Shown here one piece after another: positions 9,361 through 19,146 of a DNA stretch of 64,000 nt. Position numbers and translations under genes: made by a program. The notes beneath the pieces are model-generated. The model made no database searches and was not told the origin of the DNA. It was given only the letters and a program-made list of their open reading frames with translations. Every line of letters begins with the position of its first letter. The first letter of the stretch is position 1. The stretch is taken from the IMG/VR virus record IMGVR_UViG_3300049855_000348, positions 156,490 to 220,489 of that record. One strand, given 5' to 3'.

Positions 9361-12300
9361 ACCGGTTTGATCGCCCAGGAGGTCTGCTCATCGACCATGG
9401 TGGCCACGATGGTACCAGCACGGCTGGAACCCGGCACATCGGCGTGGGTGATGACGAAGATCCGCTTCACCCGATTGACCATGGAAGCGATCAGATCCTG
9501 CACGGCACGGCGACCCTTCACGTCGAGGGCGTCGAAGACTTCGTCGAGGGCCAAGAAGCCGGCACGGTGCCGAGAACGCTGACGGGCCAACTCGAAGATC
9601 GAGAATAGCGCAGCCAGATCGGTCCACTTGCGCTGACCGCCTGAGCGCCGGCCATACCGTTCCTGGTAGGTCAGATCCGAGTTGAAGGTGAGGGTCATCT
9701 TCCCGCCGAAGTGTTGTCCGATGTAGGACTGGACGACGAGATTGAGTTGTTTCACGCTCTGGTCAAGCAGGAAACCCCTCATGGAGCCCTTAGCGGCAAA
9801 AGCCTTGTCCCAGAACGTGATGTAAGCCGATTTCAGGTCCAGGGCATGCGCCTGAGCCTTTGAGGTTTCCATCGCAGCGAACGCAGCCTGTCGGTCGGCG
9901 ACCAAACGGTCCTTGGCGATCTTCAGAGCGGCAGCCGGGTCGGTGGCGGTGAGGTTGCGCTCCTCTTGAGCCAGGGCCGCCTCGGTAGCGGCTCCACCAG
10001 CCTCCAGGGCCGACTTTTCTTGCAGGAGGGCCGAGAGTTCCCCGGTGAGGCGTTTGTGCTCATCCTGAGCCTTCTGGAGGGCTTCTTTGGCCGAGACGAG
10101 ATCCGTCACCGCCTGTGATGCCAGGATCAGATCGGCCTTGGTCCGGTAGGCACTCATGATGGCAAGTAGACCGTCGAGGATCCGCTGGAAGCCGGAGGCA
10201 GTGATGATGTCCTCCAGCCTCTCCGGCATGGGCAGGCACTGGTTGGCCTGTTCTGCGAATCGAGCATCGACCTGCTGCCGGCGTACGGCGATGGCCTGCA
10301 ACCGAGCTTCCATGTCCGGCAGGGACTTGGTCAGCGTTTCGAGCACGGTCTTGGCCGCAGCCAACTGGGCCAGGGTGGCGAGACCCTTGAGGGATTCATC
10401 AGCCTGAACTCGCAGTGCCTGGGCTTCGCTGATGAGTTTGGTCTGTTCGGCTTTGTAGGTCCGGTACCCTGCTCGCAGGCTCTCCAACTCAGCGTTGAGA
10501 CCCTTCACCACGTTGACCATCGATTCGCCATTGATCGAAGTCAGACACGTCGGGCAGTCACCACCAGTGGTGAGCTTTGAGAGCTTTTCAGCCTTCTGTG
10601 AGATCGGCGTTGCTTGCGTGGTGGTGGCCTCGGCCTTCGCACCTTCAGCCGCAGCCAACTGATCTTTCTGTGTTGCCTCTTGGCGGAGGACGTTGGCACG
10701 TTCATTGGCAGCAACCACTGCCGCTTCCTGTTTCAGTGCCGCTTCGAGACCAGTGATGCGATCACGAACAGTGCCGATCTCCGACTTGAGGATGTTCTCC
10801 TCGTTGGTGATGTTGTTGTGATCGATGCAGCGGGAATTCCAAAGCGATTGAAAGCGAACGATGTTCTTGTTGGTCTCTTCCGCCTTGTCGACGTTGGCCT
10901 TCGCCTCGACACGGATCGCCTCGACACCACCAGAGAGTAGTTGGACCTTCTCGGTCGCAGCCTTCACCACATCGTTGCTGTACTGAATAGTCTGCTCACC
11001 ACTGGCTTCTGCATACATCAAACGTTCGCGTTCTTGACGCATCTTGACCTGATGGTCGTTCTTGCGCTGGGCCACTGAACTCAACATCACCTGATGATTC
11101 TTTTCAGCGTCGAGGATCTGCGTTTCGATGGCAGAGATCTGCGCTGCTGAGCGTTCGATTTCACCAGCACGAACCTTCTGAATGTTGGCCTGTTGTTCGA
11201 GTTGATCACTCATGAGTTTCTTCAACTCACGAGTCTTCTCCAGGTAAGCGTCGAAGCGTTCGAGACCCAGCATCTCTTCGATCATGGCACGACGTTTCTT
11301 CTCGTCTCCGGTCATGAAGTTGGCCGTCACGTTTTGGCCCATGATGTAGGAACGACTGTAGGTCTCACGGTCGATGCCGATGAGATCGATGATCATCTTC
11401 TGGGTAGCTTTCGGATCACCCTTCTCGAATGACTCTTGATAGACGCCATCCTTGTAGACCTTCACACCAGTACCGCCGAGGTCGTGGTACTTGCGGAAGC
11501 GTTCGATGCTCCAGCCGTTGGCATGGTTCACCCGAACGTAGCAGTTCTTCCCCTTGCCGGTGAACTGAGGGTCGTAGACCACATCGTCAGCCTTCATCTC
11601 ATCACGGATGGTCTCGCCGAAGTAGCACCAGAAGATAGCTTCGAGGAACGTGCTCTTGCCGGCACCGTTCTCACCTTCGAGGTACCACACGCCTGGACGC
11701 AGGTCATCAAAATTGATGGTGATCTTTTCCTTCACACCAAGGAAGCCCTCAAGAGTCAGGCTGGAGACTTCACCATCGAAAGCCATGCCACCCTTTTCGG
11801 CATCTTGGAAACGTGAATTCACCTCAGCGATGATCGATTTGCCGAACTGGATGGTGATGTCCACATCCAATTGACTATCGCCAGTGATGACCGACTTCAC
11901 GAAGGGCTCGACGAGGCCAGCGGCGGAGGTGGCTTCAACACCGAGGACTTCAACCTCCTGATCACGAATCGCTTTCTCGATGACCGACTCTTTGCGTACC
12001 GAGATGACACCGGCAGCTTCGAGCTTCAGTTGCAGGGCTTCGTGCTGCTCATCGGTGACGAGGTCGTCATAGATGACAGTGACGAAGCAGTCCTTGAGTG
12101 TGGTCAGATCCTGCGGCAGATCGCTGACACCGAGAACCTTGAAGGCATCGTGGTGTGGATTGAGGATGAACCGGTCGTTACCGGTATCCATGTCGAGGAC
12201 CATGATACCACGCTGGTCACCGGCATCGCCGAAATTGAACTGGAGGGGTGAGCCGCAATAGGTCACCCGGTGATCCATGCGCTGGAAGACGTGGAAGTGG

Positions 12301-12848
12301 CCAGAGTAGGTGGCCTTGAATGGGGCGAACACGTCGGGACCGACAGCACCAGAGAAGGTGGTCTTGTAGCGGGTGTTCTGTACCGCACCGTTGATGCCGA
12401 GGTGACCGAACACGGTCATCTTGGCGGCACGCTCGGGGAACTGCCGGGCGAAGTCCTGCACGAAGGCGACGATCTTCGACTGGTCTTCGTAGTAGGGGAT
12501 GAACAGGAAATGATCACCTACCGGGGTGATCTCACGGAAGACCTTGATCTTCGGATGCATATCCAGTCCGTCGAGACTGCTGACGGAGGTAGAATGCTTG
12601 AGGTTGAGATCGTGGTTGCCCAGGGTGAGGAACACCGGCCACTTGTCGGCGAGCTTGCGAAAGAAGTTGATGGCAGCCGACTGGCTGACCACATCGACCG
12701 CTTCACGGGTAACCAGGGCATCACCCATGCAGACGACGGCCTGCACGCCTTGTCGTTGGAACTCTTCAATGATCCAGTCGCCGGTTTTGATGATGCGATC
12801 CAGCCCCTGTGGCTGGAAGTGGATGTCAGAGAAGATTCCAAGTTGCAT
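9357..12848 (-). CDS. Mre11-Rad50 (SbcD-SbcC / gp47-gp46) fusion nuclease-ATPase
   Basis: Metallophosphoesterase motifs SDIH, MGD, GNHD, FGH, GHFH, then Walker A GENGAGKST, Q-loop, coiled coil with CPTC zinc hook, signature SGGQ, Walker B LALDEVFDALD, H-loop ITH. Confidence 0.92.
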   Translation of the reverse strand: MQLGIFSDIHFQPQGLDRIIKTGDWIIEEFQRQGVQAVVCMGDALVTREAVDVVSQSAAINFFRKLADKWPVFLTLGNHDLNLKHSTSVSSLDGLDMHPKIKVFREITPVGDHFLFIPYYEDQSKIVAFVQDFARQFPERAAKMTVFGHLGINGAVQNTRYKTTFSGAVGPDVFAPFKATYSGHFHVFQRMDHRVTYCGSPLQFNFGDAGDQRGIMVLDMDTGNDRFILNPHHDAFKVLGVSDLPQDLTTLKDCFVTVIYDDLVTDEQHEALQLKLEAAGVISVRKESVIEKAIRDQEVEVLGVEATSAAGLVEPFVKSVITGDSQLDVDITIQFGKSIIAEVNSRFQDAEKGGMAFDGEVSSLTLEGFLGVKEKITINFDDLRPGVWYLEGENGAGKSTFLEAIFWCYFGETIRDEMKADDVVYDPQFTGKGKNCYVRVNHANGWSIERFRKYHDLGGTGVKVYKDGVYQESFEKGDPKATQKMIIDLIGIDRETYSRSYIMGQNVTANFMTGDEKKRRAMIEEMLGLERFDAYLEKTRELKKLMSDQLEQQANIQKVRAGEIERSAAQISAIETQILDAEKNHQVMLSSVAQRKNDHQVKMRQERERLMYAEASGEQTIQYSNDVVKAATEKVQLLSGGVEAIRVEAKANVDKAEETNKNIVRFQSLWNSRCIDHNNITNEENILKSEIGTVRDRITGLEAALKQEAAVVAANERANVLRQEATQKDQLAAAEGAKAEATTTQATPISQKAEKLSKLTTGGDCPTCLTSINGESMVNVVKGLNAELESLRAGYRTYKAEQTKLISEAQALRVQADESLKGLATLAQLAAAKTVLETLTKSLPDMEARLQAIAVRRQQVDARFAEQANQCLPMPERLEDIITASGFQRILDGLLAIMSAYRTKADLILASQAVTDLVSAKEALQKAQDEHKRLTGELSALLQEKSALEAGGAATEAALAQEERNLTATDPAAALKIAKDRLVADRQAAFAAMETSKAQAHALDLKSAYITFWDKAFAAKGSMRGFLLDQSVKQLNLVVQSYIGQHFGGKMTLTFNSDLTYQERYGRRSGGQRKWTDLAALFSIFELARQRSRHRAGFLALDEVFDALDVKGRRAVQDLIASMVNRVKRIFVITHADVPGSSRAGTIVATMVDEQTSWAIKPV

Positions 12849-12854
12849 CATCTC

Positions 12855-12882
12855 ATCCTAGCGACATTTTGGTCTAAGTCAA
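12855..12882 (-). promoter_or_regulatory. Early promoter with operator (Mre11-Rad50 gene)
   Basis: TTGACT-TAGACCAAAATGTCGC-TAGGAT-6 nt-ATG(12848). Confidence 0.8.
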
Positions 12883-12883
12883 A

Positions 12884-13180
12884 TGGACAGCGGCTTGCCC
12901 GCCAGCACGTCATTTAGGGTCCAACGAGACCTCATCACTTTTTATCACACGTTCTCGTCTGATGGGGATTACCCGTGTGGTACCTGGGAATCTAGTCCCT
13001 TGGCGGTTAGAGCCACCGGCTCGATCTACGTCTGATGTGAGGATTGAATTACCCCAGCATTTCAACTACTCGGATCAGGAGTCACCGTCCCGGCTTCGCG
13101 TAGCCTCGAAATGCCGAGGTTTCCGGCTTGGCTACCATATCGGTGAAGTTTGGTGGGCTACCGACGCTCCCACCAGGAAT
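12884..13180. ncRNA. Candidate ~300-nt structured RNA
   Basis: Gap without a convincing ORF in a dense operon; multiple stems (see findings). Confidence 0.4.
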
Positions 13181-13187
13181 CCATGAT

Positions 13188-13748
13188 TCAGATTGGGAGA
13201 ATCACCATGTAGGCGAACAGCATCTGCTCATCGGGCGCACGCACGTGGCTACCTGGGCTGAAGACGAAGAGGGTTGTGTTGGGGCGATGGTTGTCGAGCA
13301 ACCACTTCTCCAGATCCACCATGGTGGCGAACTTGGTCAGCACGGTCTCTGCCGCACTGCCCTTCCATGGGAAACGGGTGTCCGGTGCCTGACGGATATC
13401 CATCTTCAGCTTGGCAGCTTCGGCAGCAGCCTTCACCCCTTCGATGGTGATGAACTTGCCATCCGAGGTTTGACTGACGCTGACTTCACCTTGGATGAGC
13501 TTGCGGGTCTTGCCGTCAGGGAAGATCACGACGTTCACCCAGCGTTCGACGCCGTTCTCAGACACCTTGGTCTTGATGACGGCGAAGCACCAACGACCGG
13601 CGAGCGACTTGTCGGTGGCGACGATGCGCTTGGCAGCTTCCTGAGGGGAGGCATGACCGGTTTCATCGATCATCTGTCCCATGAAGTCGTACCACGTCTG
13701 GCCGACGTAGGTGGGAATTTGCTTGGTGGTGACGCTGGCAGTAATCAT
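13188..13748 (-). CDS. Hypothetical protein
   Basis: 186-aa ORF in operon. Confidence 0.75.
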   Translation of the reverse strand: MITASVTTKQIPTYVGQTWYDFMGQMIDETGHASPQEAAKRIVATDKSLAGRWCFAVIKTKVSENGVERWVNVVIFPDGKTRKLIQGEVSVSQTSDGKFITIEGVKAAAEAAKLKMDIRQAPDTRFPWKGSAAETVLTKFATMVDLEKWLLDNHRPNTTLFVFSPGSHVRAPDEQMLFAYMVILPI

Positions 13749-13749
13749 A

Positions 13750-14181
13750 TCAGTCTCTGGTTTCTTTGAGGGTGACGAGGTCGGTAACGGGTGGGAAGAA
13801 GTGGATCAGCAGACGGACGAAGTAGCTGGTGTAGCTGTTCGACAGTTTGAAACCGCTGTTGCGGTCTCGCGTATCGATGATGTGTTTCCACCGTGCCACT
13901 TCAACGAGCATCTTCATGCCGAAGGATTCTTTGCGCTCCAGCATGACCTTGGTCATCTGAACGAAAAGCGTCCAGACCTGCGGATTATCACGCAAGAACT
14001 GACGAGCCTTCTCGTCGAGATCGTTGCTGGGGGGAAAGGCCAGATCCAGTTTGGCATCGAGCAATGGAATCCCAGGCGGTGGCACGTAAGGAGGCGGCTC
14101 TGGTTTGGTGTCGAGACGTGGACCGGCACCAGCCTTGCCCAGTCTGTCGAGATCTAATTCAAAAGGATCGTCGTTATGCAC
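13750..14181 (-). CDS. Conserved phage hypothetical protein
   Basis: NPQVW..F....RW....FKLSNSY pattern recalled from common phage hypotheticals. Confidence 0.7.
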   Translation of the reverse strand: MHNDDPFELDLDRLGKAGAGPRLDTKPEPPPYVPPPGIPLLDAKLDLAFPPSNDLDEKARQFLRDNPQVWTLFVQMTKVMLERKESFGMKMLVEVARWKHIIDTRDRNSGFKLSNSYTSYFVRLLIHFFPPVTDLVTLKETRD

Positions 14182-14455
14182 GCTTCACCTTCTTGGTGAA
14201 GATCAGTCCAGCGGCACCTTCGTTCTCAACCCACAAGACCACACGATCATCAAAATAACGACCAAGAGTGGGATGACTCCTGGCCGATTCGATGATCTCT
14301 TTACCCTTGTCGTTGAGGAATGATTTCTTTCCTTCGATATCAAGATCGAAGAAGTCGACCTTGTAGTGATCGGCGACAGCCTCAATTGCATTCAGGCCAA
14401 TGCGATTCAAACGCTGGTCGATCCGAATGTTGTCTTCGTCAGGTCTTGGAGACAT
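14174..14455 (-). CDS. Hypothetical protein
   Basis: 93-aa ORF overlapping its neighbours by a few bases. Confidence 0.65.
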   Translation of the reverse strand: MSPRPDEDNIRIDQRLNRIGLNAIEAVADHYKVDFFDLDIEGKKSFLNDKGKEIIESARSHPTLGRYFDDRVVLWVENEGAAGLIFTKKVKRA

Positions 14456-14726
14456 TCCCTACCCCTCTGGATTTCAGGTAGTCGGCAAACAATTGGCGCT
14501 CGTGCAGAGCACAGAAAGCAGATTCTTCAATCCACTGTTCCTGAGTGCCGTACTCCAAGCTCGGATGGTGCTGCTTCATGTAATCCATGACGAGAGTACA
14601 CCCGATGCAGTGTTTGTGATCGACGGTAAGCGCAAACTCCTGGCAGACTTCATTGCGATGAGCAATCATTCCATCCAGGAGAATGGCCAGCGGATCAGAC
14701 GGGGAGTTTGATTGGGGTCCGTCCAT
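14439..14726 (-). CDS. Hypothetical Cys/His-containing protein
   Basis: MDGPQSN...HKHCIGC...FCALH; GGAG-like upstream. Confidence 0.55.
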   Translation of the reverse strand: MDGPQSNSPSDPLAILLDGMIAHRNEVCQEFALTVDHKHCIGCTLVMDYMKQHHPSLEYGTQEQWIEESAFCALHERQLFADYLKSRGVGNVSKT

Positions 14727-15099
14727 CCTGTTCCTTGCCGACCGATTTCTCGGAACGCCAGACCGCTTCGAGGCGACGCAGGAAGTCCACGTCACTGGCC
14801 TTGGGTGTCTTGGCGCTCTCGACGTGGTGGAAGCGAGCAGCGCCCTGTGCCTTGCGGATCTCCTTGGTACCGATGTGTAGGTGGACCACATCAGCCTTGG
14901 AGTGCTTGCGGATCTGAGGGATTGCTCCAGCAGTGCCGTCGATCGCCAGAACGGCGACCGGCAGATCCGGAATGACACCGCTCACTTCCTCAGGCGTCTT
15001 GTAGAGGAAGGCTACGCGGTTGGCGAGCCAGCGTCCTGCTAGCTCGACATGCTTGTCCGTATCGCCGGTGATGAGGAAGATGGTTTTCATGATGTCCAC
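14695..15099 (-). CDS. Hypothetical protein
   Basis: 134-aa ORF in operon. Confidence 0.65.
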   Translation of the reverse strand: MDIMKTIFLITGDTDKHVELAGRWLANRVAFLYKTPEEVSGVIPDLPVAVLAIDGTAGAIPQIRKHSKADVVHLHIGTKEIRKAQGAARFHHVESAKTPKASDVDFLRRLEAVWRSEKSVGKEQDGRTPIKLPV

Positions 15100-16070
15100 T
15101 GATTCCTGTACGTGGTGCAGAGAAACTGGGCTGTTTGATTGGCTTGTTCGGTGGCGAACTGATGACGTTGTTCCAGCCAGAGGCTGAAACGGGTGAAGTT
15201 GGTGGCGATCTGTCGAATGCTCTTCTGCTCAAGCTCAGAGACGATGACTTTCACCTTCTGGTGAATCCTTGAGTTGAAGAGATCCATCATGGAGAGATTC
15301 AGAGCTACGACAGCACGAGCATCCTGTGCCACAGGAACTGGTGTCGGGTTGTTCTTGCTCTTACGCGGAGTGACCATGCCAGTCTCTTCGGCCAGCAGCG
15401 TCGGTACACGCTTTTCGATGATCGCCTTGGTGGCCGTGACTTCACCGACACCGATGAGTCCTGGGAGGTTGTCCGAGGCATCGCCCTGAAGGGCTTTGCA
15501 AAGCAAGGATTCCTGAGGGGTCAAGCCGGTCGACTCGACAGTACCATCACCCTTGTAGCGCCAGATCTTCCCATCTTCGCCAAGCTGATAACGCAGTGAA
15601 TGAACTGGGTCGATCATGTAGGTGGTGGCATTGATCAATTGCAGGTAGTCGTTATCCGCAGTGATCAAGATGCCGGGCTTACCAACGTTGAGAGCCACCG
15701 CAGCAGCGGCCATATCATCAGCTTCGATCCATGGGTACTGGAAGTTGGGGCAACCCATCAAGGAGATGAGTTCTGGCAGTACCTCTTCGATGCAGGTCGT
15801 GGCCATGACATGCGCTGCTTCACGCACTGGATCCTTGGCCAGTTTCTCGGCACGATGTGCCTTGTAGCTGGGATGGACCTGCTTCCGCCAGCTTCCGCCC
15901 TTTGGATCCAGACACCAGTAGACACGGGTGGCTTGGTATGAGCGGATGAATTGAGCAACCTTGGCGATGATCTCCAAAGCCACGGCTGGAGGACCGTGAC
16001 GAAGAGACTCGGGCGGCAGCGAGTTCGCTGTCGCATTGGCAAGGTAGGATGCATCGACGTAGAGGTACAT
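15087..16070 (-). CDS. rnh: 5'-3' exonuclease / T4-type RNase H (FEN family)
   Basis: YVDAS, SWRK..HPSYKAHR, EADD, TADNDYLQL, GDASDNLPGLIGVGEVTA. Confidence 0.9.
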   Translation of the reverse strand: MYLYVDASYLANATANSLPPESLRHGPPAVALEIIAKVAQFIRSYQATRVYWCLDPKGGSWRKQVHPSYKAHRAEKLAKDPVREAAHVMATTCIEEVLPELISLMGCPNFQYPWIEADDMAAAAVALNVGKPGILITADNDYLQLINATTYMIDPVHSLRYQLGEDGKIWRYKGDGTVESTGLTPQESLLCKALQGDASDNLPGLIGVGEVTATKAIIEKRVPTLLAEETGMVTPRKSKNNPTPVPVAQDARAVVALNLSMMDLFNSRIHQKVKVIVSELEQKSIRQIATNFTRFSLWLEQRHQFATEQANQTAQFLCTTYRNQWTS

Positions 16071-16600
16071 CACTCGGCCTTGTGGATCATCACGTCGCAC
16101 GGGTCTTTGTCCCATGCATCGAAGGTGTCAGCCAGGGTGGTGAGATAGGAAAGATCGGCTGACGATCCAACCACTCGATTGTTGCCGACGACGATCTTCA
16201 CATCACGCACGTTGGCGAGGTTGATGAAGGTCATCTCTTCCTTGTCGCTGCTCAGCAGGGCTTTCTTGAGCAACGTGGCGAAGTTGTCGTCTTCGCCTTC
16301 ACTGGTTGGGTTGATGCGGAAGAAGTGAGTGTCGATCGGATAGATGGAAGCCTTCAGATCCCCCAGGAAACGAACCGTCAGGCTGCCCTGATTCTTGAGC
16401 GCCTGATTGATCTGTTCCCGTAGAGAGACCGTGAAACTGCCGAGCACCGACGGGACCATGATCCCATCGTCATTGAACGGCAGTTCGAGCGGATCAACCT
16501 CAGCCGCCTTGGCGACCAACTTGAGCGCAGCGATGGTGCGCTGGACTGAGAAGTCCGGTCCAGTCTTATCCACCCTTCCGAAACGGATCACTTGGTTCAT
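16070..16600 (-). CDS. Hypothetical protein
   Basis: Translationally coupled ORF. Confidence 0.7.
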   Translation of the reverse strand: MNQVIRFGRVDKTGPDFSVQRTIAALKLVAKAAEVDPLELPFNDDGIMVPSVLGSFTVSLREQINQALKNQGSLTVRFLGDLKASIYPIDTHFFRINPTSEGEDDNFATLLKKALLSSDKEEMTFINLANVRDVKIVVGNNRVVGSSADLSYLTTLADTFDAWDKDPCDVMIHKAE

Positions 16601-17082
16601 CAGAGTGCCTGCGGACCTTTGCCTTCAGGCGTCGGCGGAGGCAGTTGACCACCAACCTGTTTCTCGGCGTGGTGTTCAGCCGAGGTGGCGAGCTTGTTGC
16701 CGGCACCGGCATTCGGAGCCTTCGCCAGGATCTCCTTGATCTCATCACCACCGAGGATGCGTGGCTTGCCACCCTTCAGCGAGATCCACGGACCCTGCTG
16801 ATCTTCCGGTAGACCGGCCTGGACGATCTGGAGGTTGAGGCAGGAGGCGATGGCACGGACGTTCTTGGGCTGCGTACGATGCAGGAACTTGAAGAAGTCC
16901 TCACCGCCGACGGTCCATTTCTTCCGGCGATCGAATTCATCGGTCTCATAGACCCAGAAGTCGCCGATCAGACTGCCGTCATCACGGATGGTCAACTTGA
17001 CCTCGCACAGCGGCTTCGGCTTCTTCGGTTTCTCGTCGCCGATATTCTGGGTGTTGCCACCGGTGTTGTTGGGCTTGGCCAT
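16600..17082 (-). CDS. Hypothetical protein
   Basis: GAGG RBS; downstream of an early promoter. Confidence 0.75.
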   Translation of the reverse strand: MAKPNNTGGNTQNIGDEKPKKPKPLCEVKLTIRDDGSLIGDFWVYETDEFDRRKKWTVGGEDFFKFLHRTQPKNVRAIASCLNLQIVQAGLPEDQQGPWISLKGGKPRILGGDEIKEILAKAPNAGAGNKLATSAEHHAEKQVGGQLPPPTPEGKGPQAL

Positions 17083-17161
17083 GACTGGGTTCCTCAGCTA
17101 GGTAGACGATGTGGTTCTGCCCCGGAAGTCGGGAGCAAGGTTGGTTGGCAGGTGATTGCTT

Positions 17162-17189
17162 ACGATGGCGTCAATAGTGTCGCTGTCAA
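17162..17189 (-). promoter_or_regulatory. Degenerate early promoter/operator
   Basis: TTGACA-GCGACACTATTGACGC-CATCGT. Confidence 0.6.
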
Positions 17190-17194
17190 TACGG

Positions 17195-18772
17195 CTACTT
17201 GGGAGTCGCTATAGGTGGCGGTTGGAGCCCCATACCCCAGGCAGCATTTTCAGCCTGCTGACCTTGAGTGAGTTGCACGACCGCATTTTTGGCTTTGACC
17301 GAGTGAGTGCCGAACGACGAGGCACCCAACAGCGACTCCATACCAGCCTCTGGACTGTCTGGGGTGAATGGAGGTTGGATCGCCAGGGTTCCACTGCTGG
17401 CAGCTTTGGCGATGGCAGCCGTGGTCGCCTTGGCTACCGCAGCGTTGTAGTTCATCGTTGAGGCCGAGTCCTCGGAGATACGCAGCGTCTTGTAGTCGAC
17501 ATCGGTCATGATGGTGTAGCAGTCGTCGAAGTCGCGGACCTTCGAGGCATACAGGCGCATCTTGCCCATCTGCTTCTCAGCTTCGGTCTGATTCAGCGTC
17601 AGCACACAGTCCAACACATGCATGACAGCGTAGGAGTCGGCGATGTCTTCCTTGCCGATCTTCTCCTTGCTGGCTGCATTACGATTCGACTGGAGTGCGG
17701 TGACGATCGGGATGTCCATCTCCATGGCGATGGCACGGACCTCTTCAGCGATCTGCTTGAGCTTGGCGTAGTCACGCTTCATGTCGACGTTGTCGGGATC
17801 GTTCGGCAACATGATGGTCAGGTAGTCGAGAATGATCACGTCCGGCTTCGGGCCACCGAGCAGCAGGTAGTCATTGAGCGATCCACGAACGGTGTTCGCT
17901 GAGGCTGTGCCAGTTGGATGCTGGATGACGTAGAGTTTCCCCATCGTCCCTTTGTCTTTGATCTTCTTCAGCGCATCGTCGAGGATCTGAGGGTTGTTGC
18001 GACGCTCGTCGGAGGAAACACCACCGATGCAGACATCGTAGCGAGCCTTGGTTTTCTCAGCAGAAAGCTCGAAGGTGAAGTGGTAGACGTTCAAACCATT
18101 GAGAACACAGCAGGCACCGACATTCACGAGGTTGATCGACTTACCAGAGCCTGTCGGACCCATGAAGGCTGACAGGGCAGCTACCTGGAAGCCACCACCA
18201 TGCTTGGCATTGAAGGTTGCCCACGGTGTCTTCACACCGGCCTTGAGCGTCTTCTCCTTGGTAACACGGGCGACAACTGACTCAGCCTCAGTGCTGAGGT
18301 AGGCATCAACCGGTTGTGCCAACGTGTGGCGAACGGTGATCTCTTCGAGGAGCTTCGGAATCGACTTGTGATTCTTCTGAGAGATGAGCTTGGCAGCCTC
18401 GATGATGAAGCGATCGTAGTCGACCGCCTTCATGTGATCCATCAGACAGTCTTTGGTGTATTTCTCTTCGGTCTGGTAGTTCTTGGTGAAAATTTCATCG
18501 ATATATCGGACGAAATTTTCCAACGCATCGTAGACGCTGAGATGTTTCAGCAGTTCTTGTTTGATGATCGAGATCGTCGGGAGTTCTTTGTACTTCGTCG
18601 TATGCTCATCGACGATCTTGAAGATCACCTGGATGTGTGGTTCATTCCAGTGATCGACCTTCAGCCGATTCTTCCACTTGACCAGGAAGCTCTGGTCTTT
18701 GGTAACGATGACAATCGCCTGCTGCTCGATTTCCGGAAGGAATTCAAGTTTGCGAGTCGGAATGTCGGTCAT
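17195..18772 (-). CDS. Replicative DnaB/gp41-like helicase
   Basis: Walker A GPTGSGKS, FTFELSAE, ILDYL, TALQSNR, IADSY, KVR. Confidence 0.92.
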   Translation of the reverse strand: MTDIPTRKLEFLPEIEQQAIVIVTKDQSFLVKWKNRLKVDHWNEPHIQVIFKIVDEHTTKYKELPTISIIKQELLKHLSVYDALENFVRYIDEIFTKNYQTEEKYTKDCLMDHMKAVDYDRFIIEAAKLISQKNHKSIPKLLEEITVRHTLAQPVDAYLSTEAESVVARVTKEKTLKAGVKTPWATFNAKHGGGFQVAALSAFMGPTGSGKSINLVNVGACCVLNGLNVYHFTFELSAEKTKARYDVCIGGVSSDERRNNPQILDDALKKIKDKGTMGKLYVIQHPTGTASANTVRGSLNDYLLLGGPKPDVIILDYLTIMLPNDPDNVDMKRDYAKLKQIAEEVRAIAMEMDIPIVTALQSNRNAASKEKIGKEDIADSYAVMHVLDCVLTLNQTEAEKQMGKMRLYASKVRDFDDCYTIMTDVDYKTLRISEDSASTMNYNAAVAKATTAAIAKAASSGTLAIQPPFTPDSPEAGMESLLGASSFGTHSVKAKNAVVQLTQGQQAENAAWGMGLQPPPIATPK

Positions 18773-18777
18773 GTGAT

Positions 18778-19146
18778 CTACCGTTCGATATGAATGAGGC
18801 GAAGTTGCCGCTGAAACGCCCGTCTCAATGACTTCTTCAGCGTGGGGATCCGATCTTGCGGGATGCCCAGGAATTCTGCAACACGTTCTTCGGTCCAGCG
18901 TTCTCCCGCCTGTTGCAAGGCGAAATCCATCGGAACGTTGTAGATGAAGTCAAACAACTTGCGCTGTTCTTCAGTCTTCAACCAGTCACGGACTTTGCCC
19001 ATGAAGGCTGAGTCCTTGAGTAACTGCGTCTCGAACGATCCTTCAACTGAAGCATCCGAGGATGACTTCGGCAACGCGCTGAAGTCGATCTTTGGCGGTG
19101 ACGACAACCGTACGGTAAGAGTGGGTGTAGTGGTTCGCTGCGGCAT
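18778..19146 (-). CDS. Putative HTH protein, sigma region-4-like
   Basis: WTEERVAEFLGIPQDRIPTLKKSLRRAF. Confidence 0.55.
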   Translation of the reverse strand: MPQRTTTPTLTVRLSSPPKIDFSALPKSSSDASVEGSFETQLLKDSAFMGKVRDWLKTEEQRKLFDFIYNVPMDFALQQAGERWTEERVAEFLGIPQDRIPTLKKSLRRAFQRQLRLIHIER

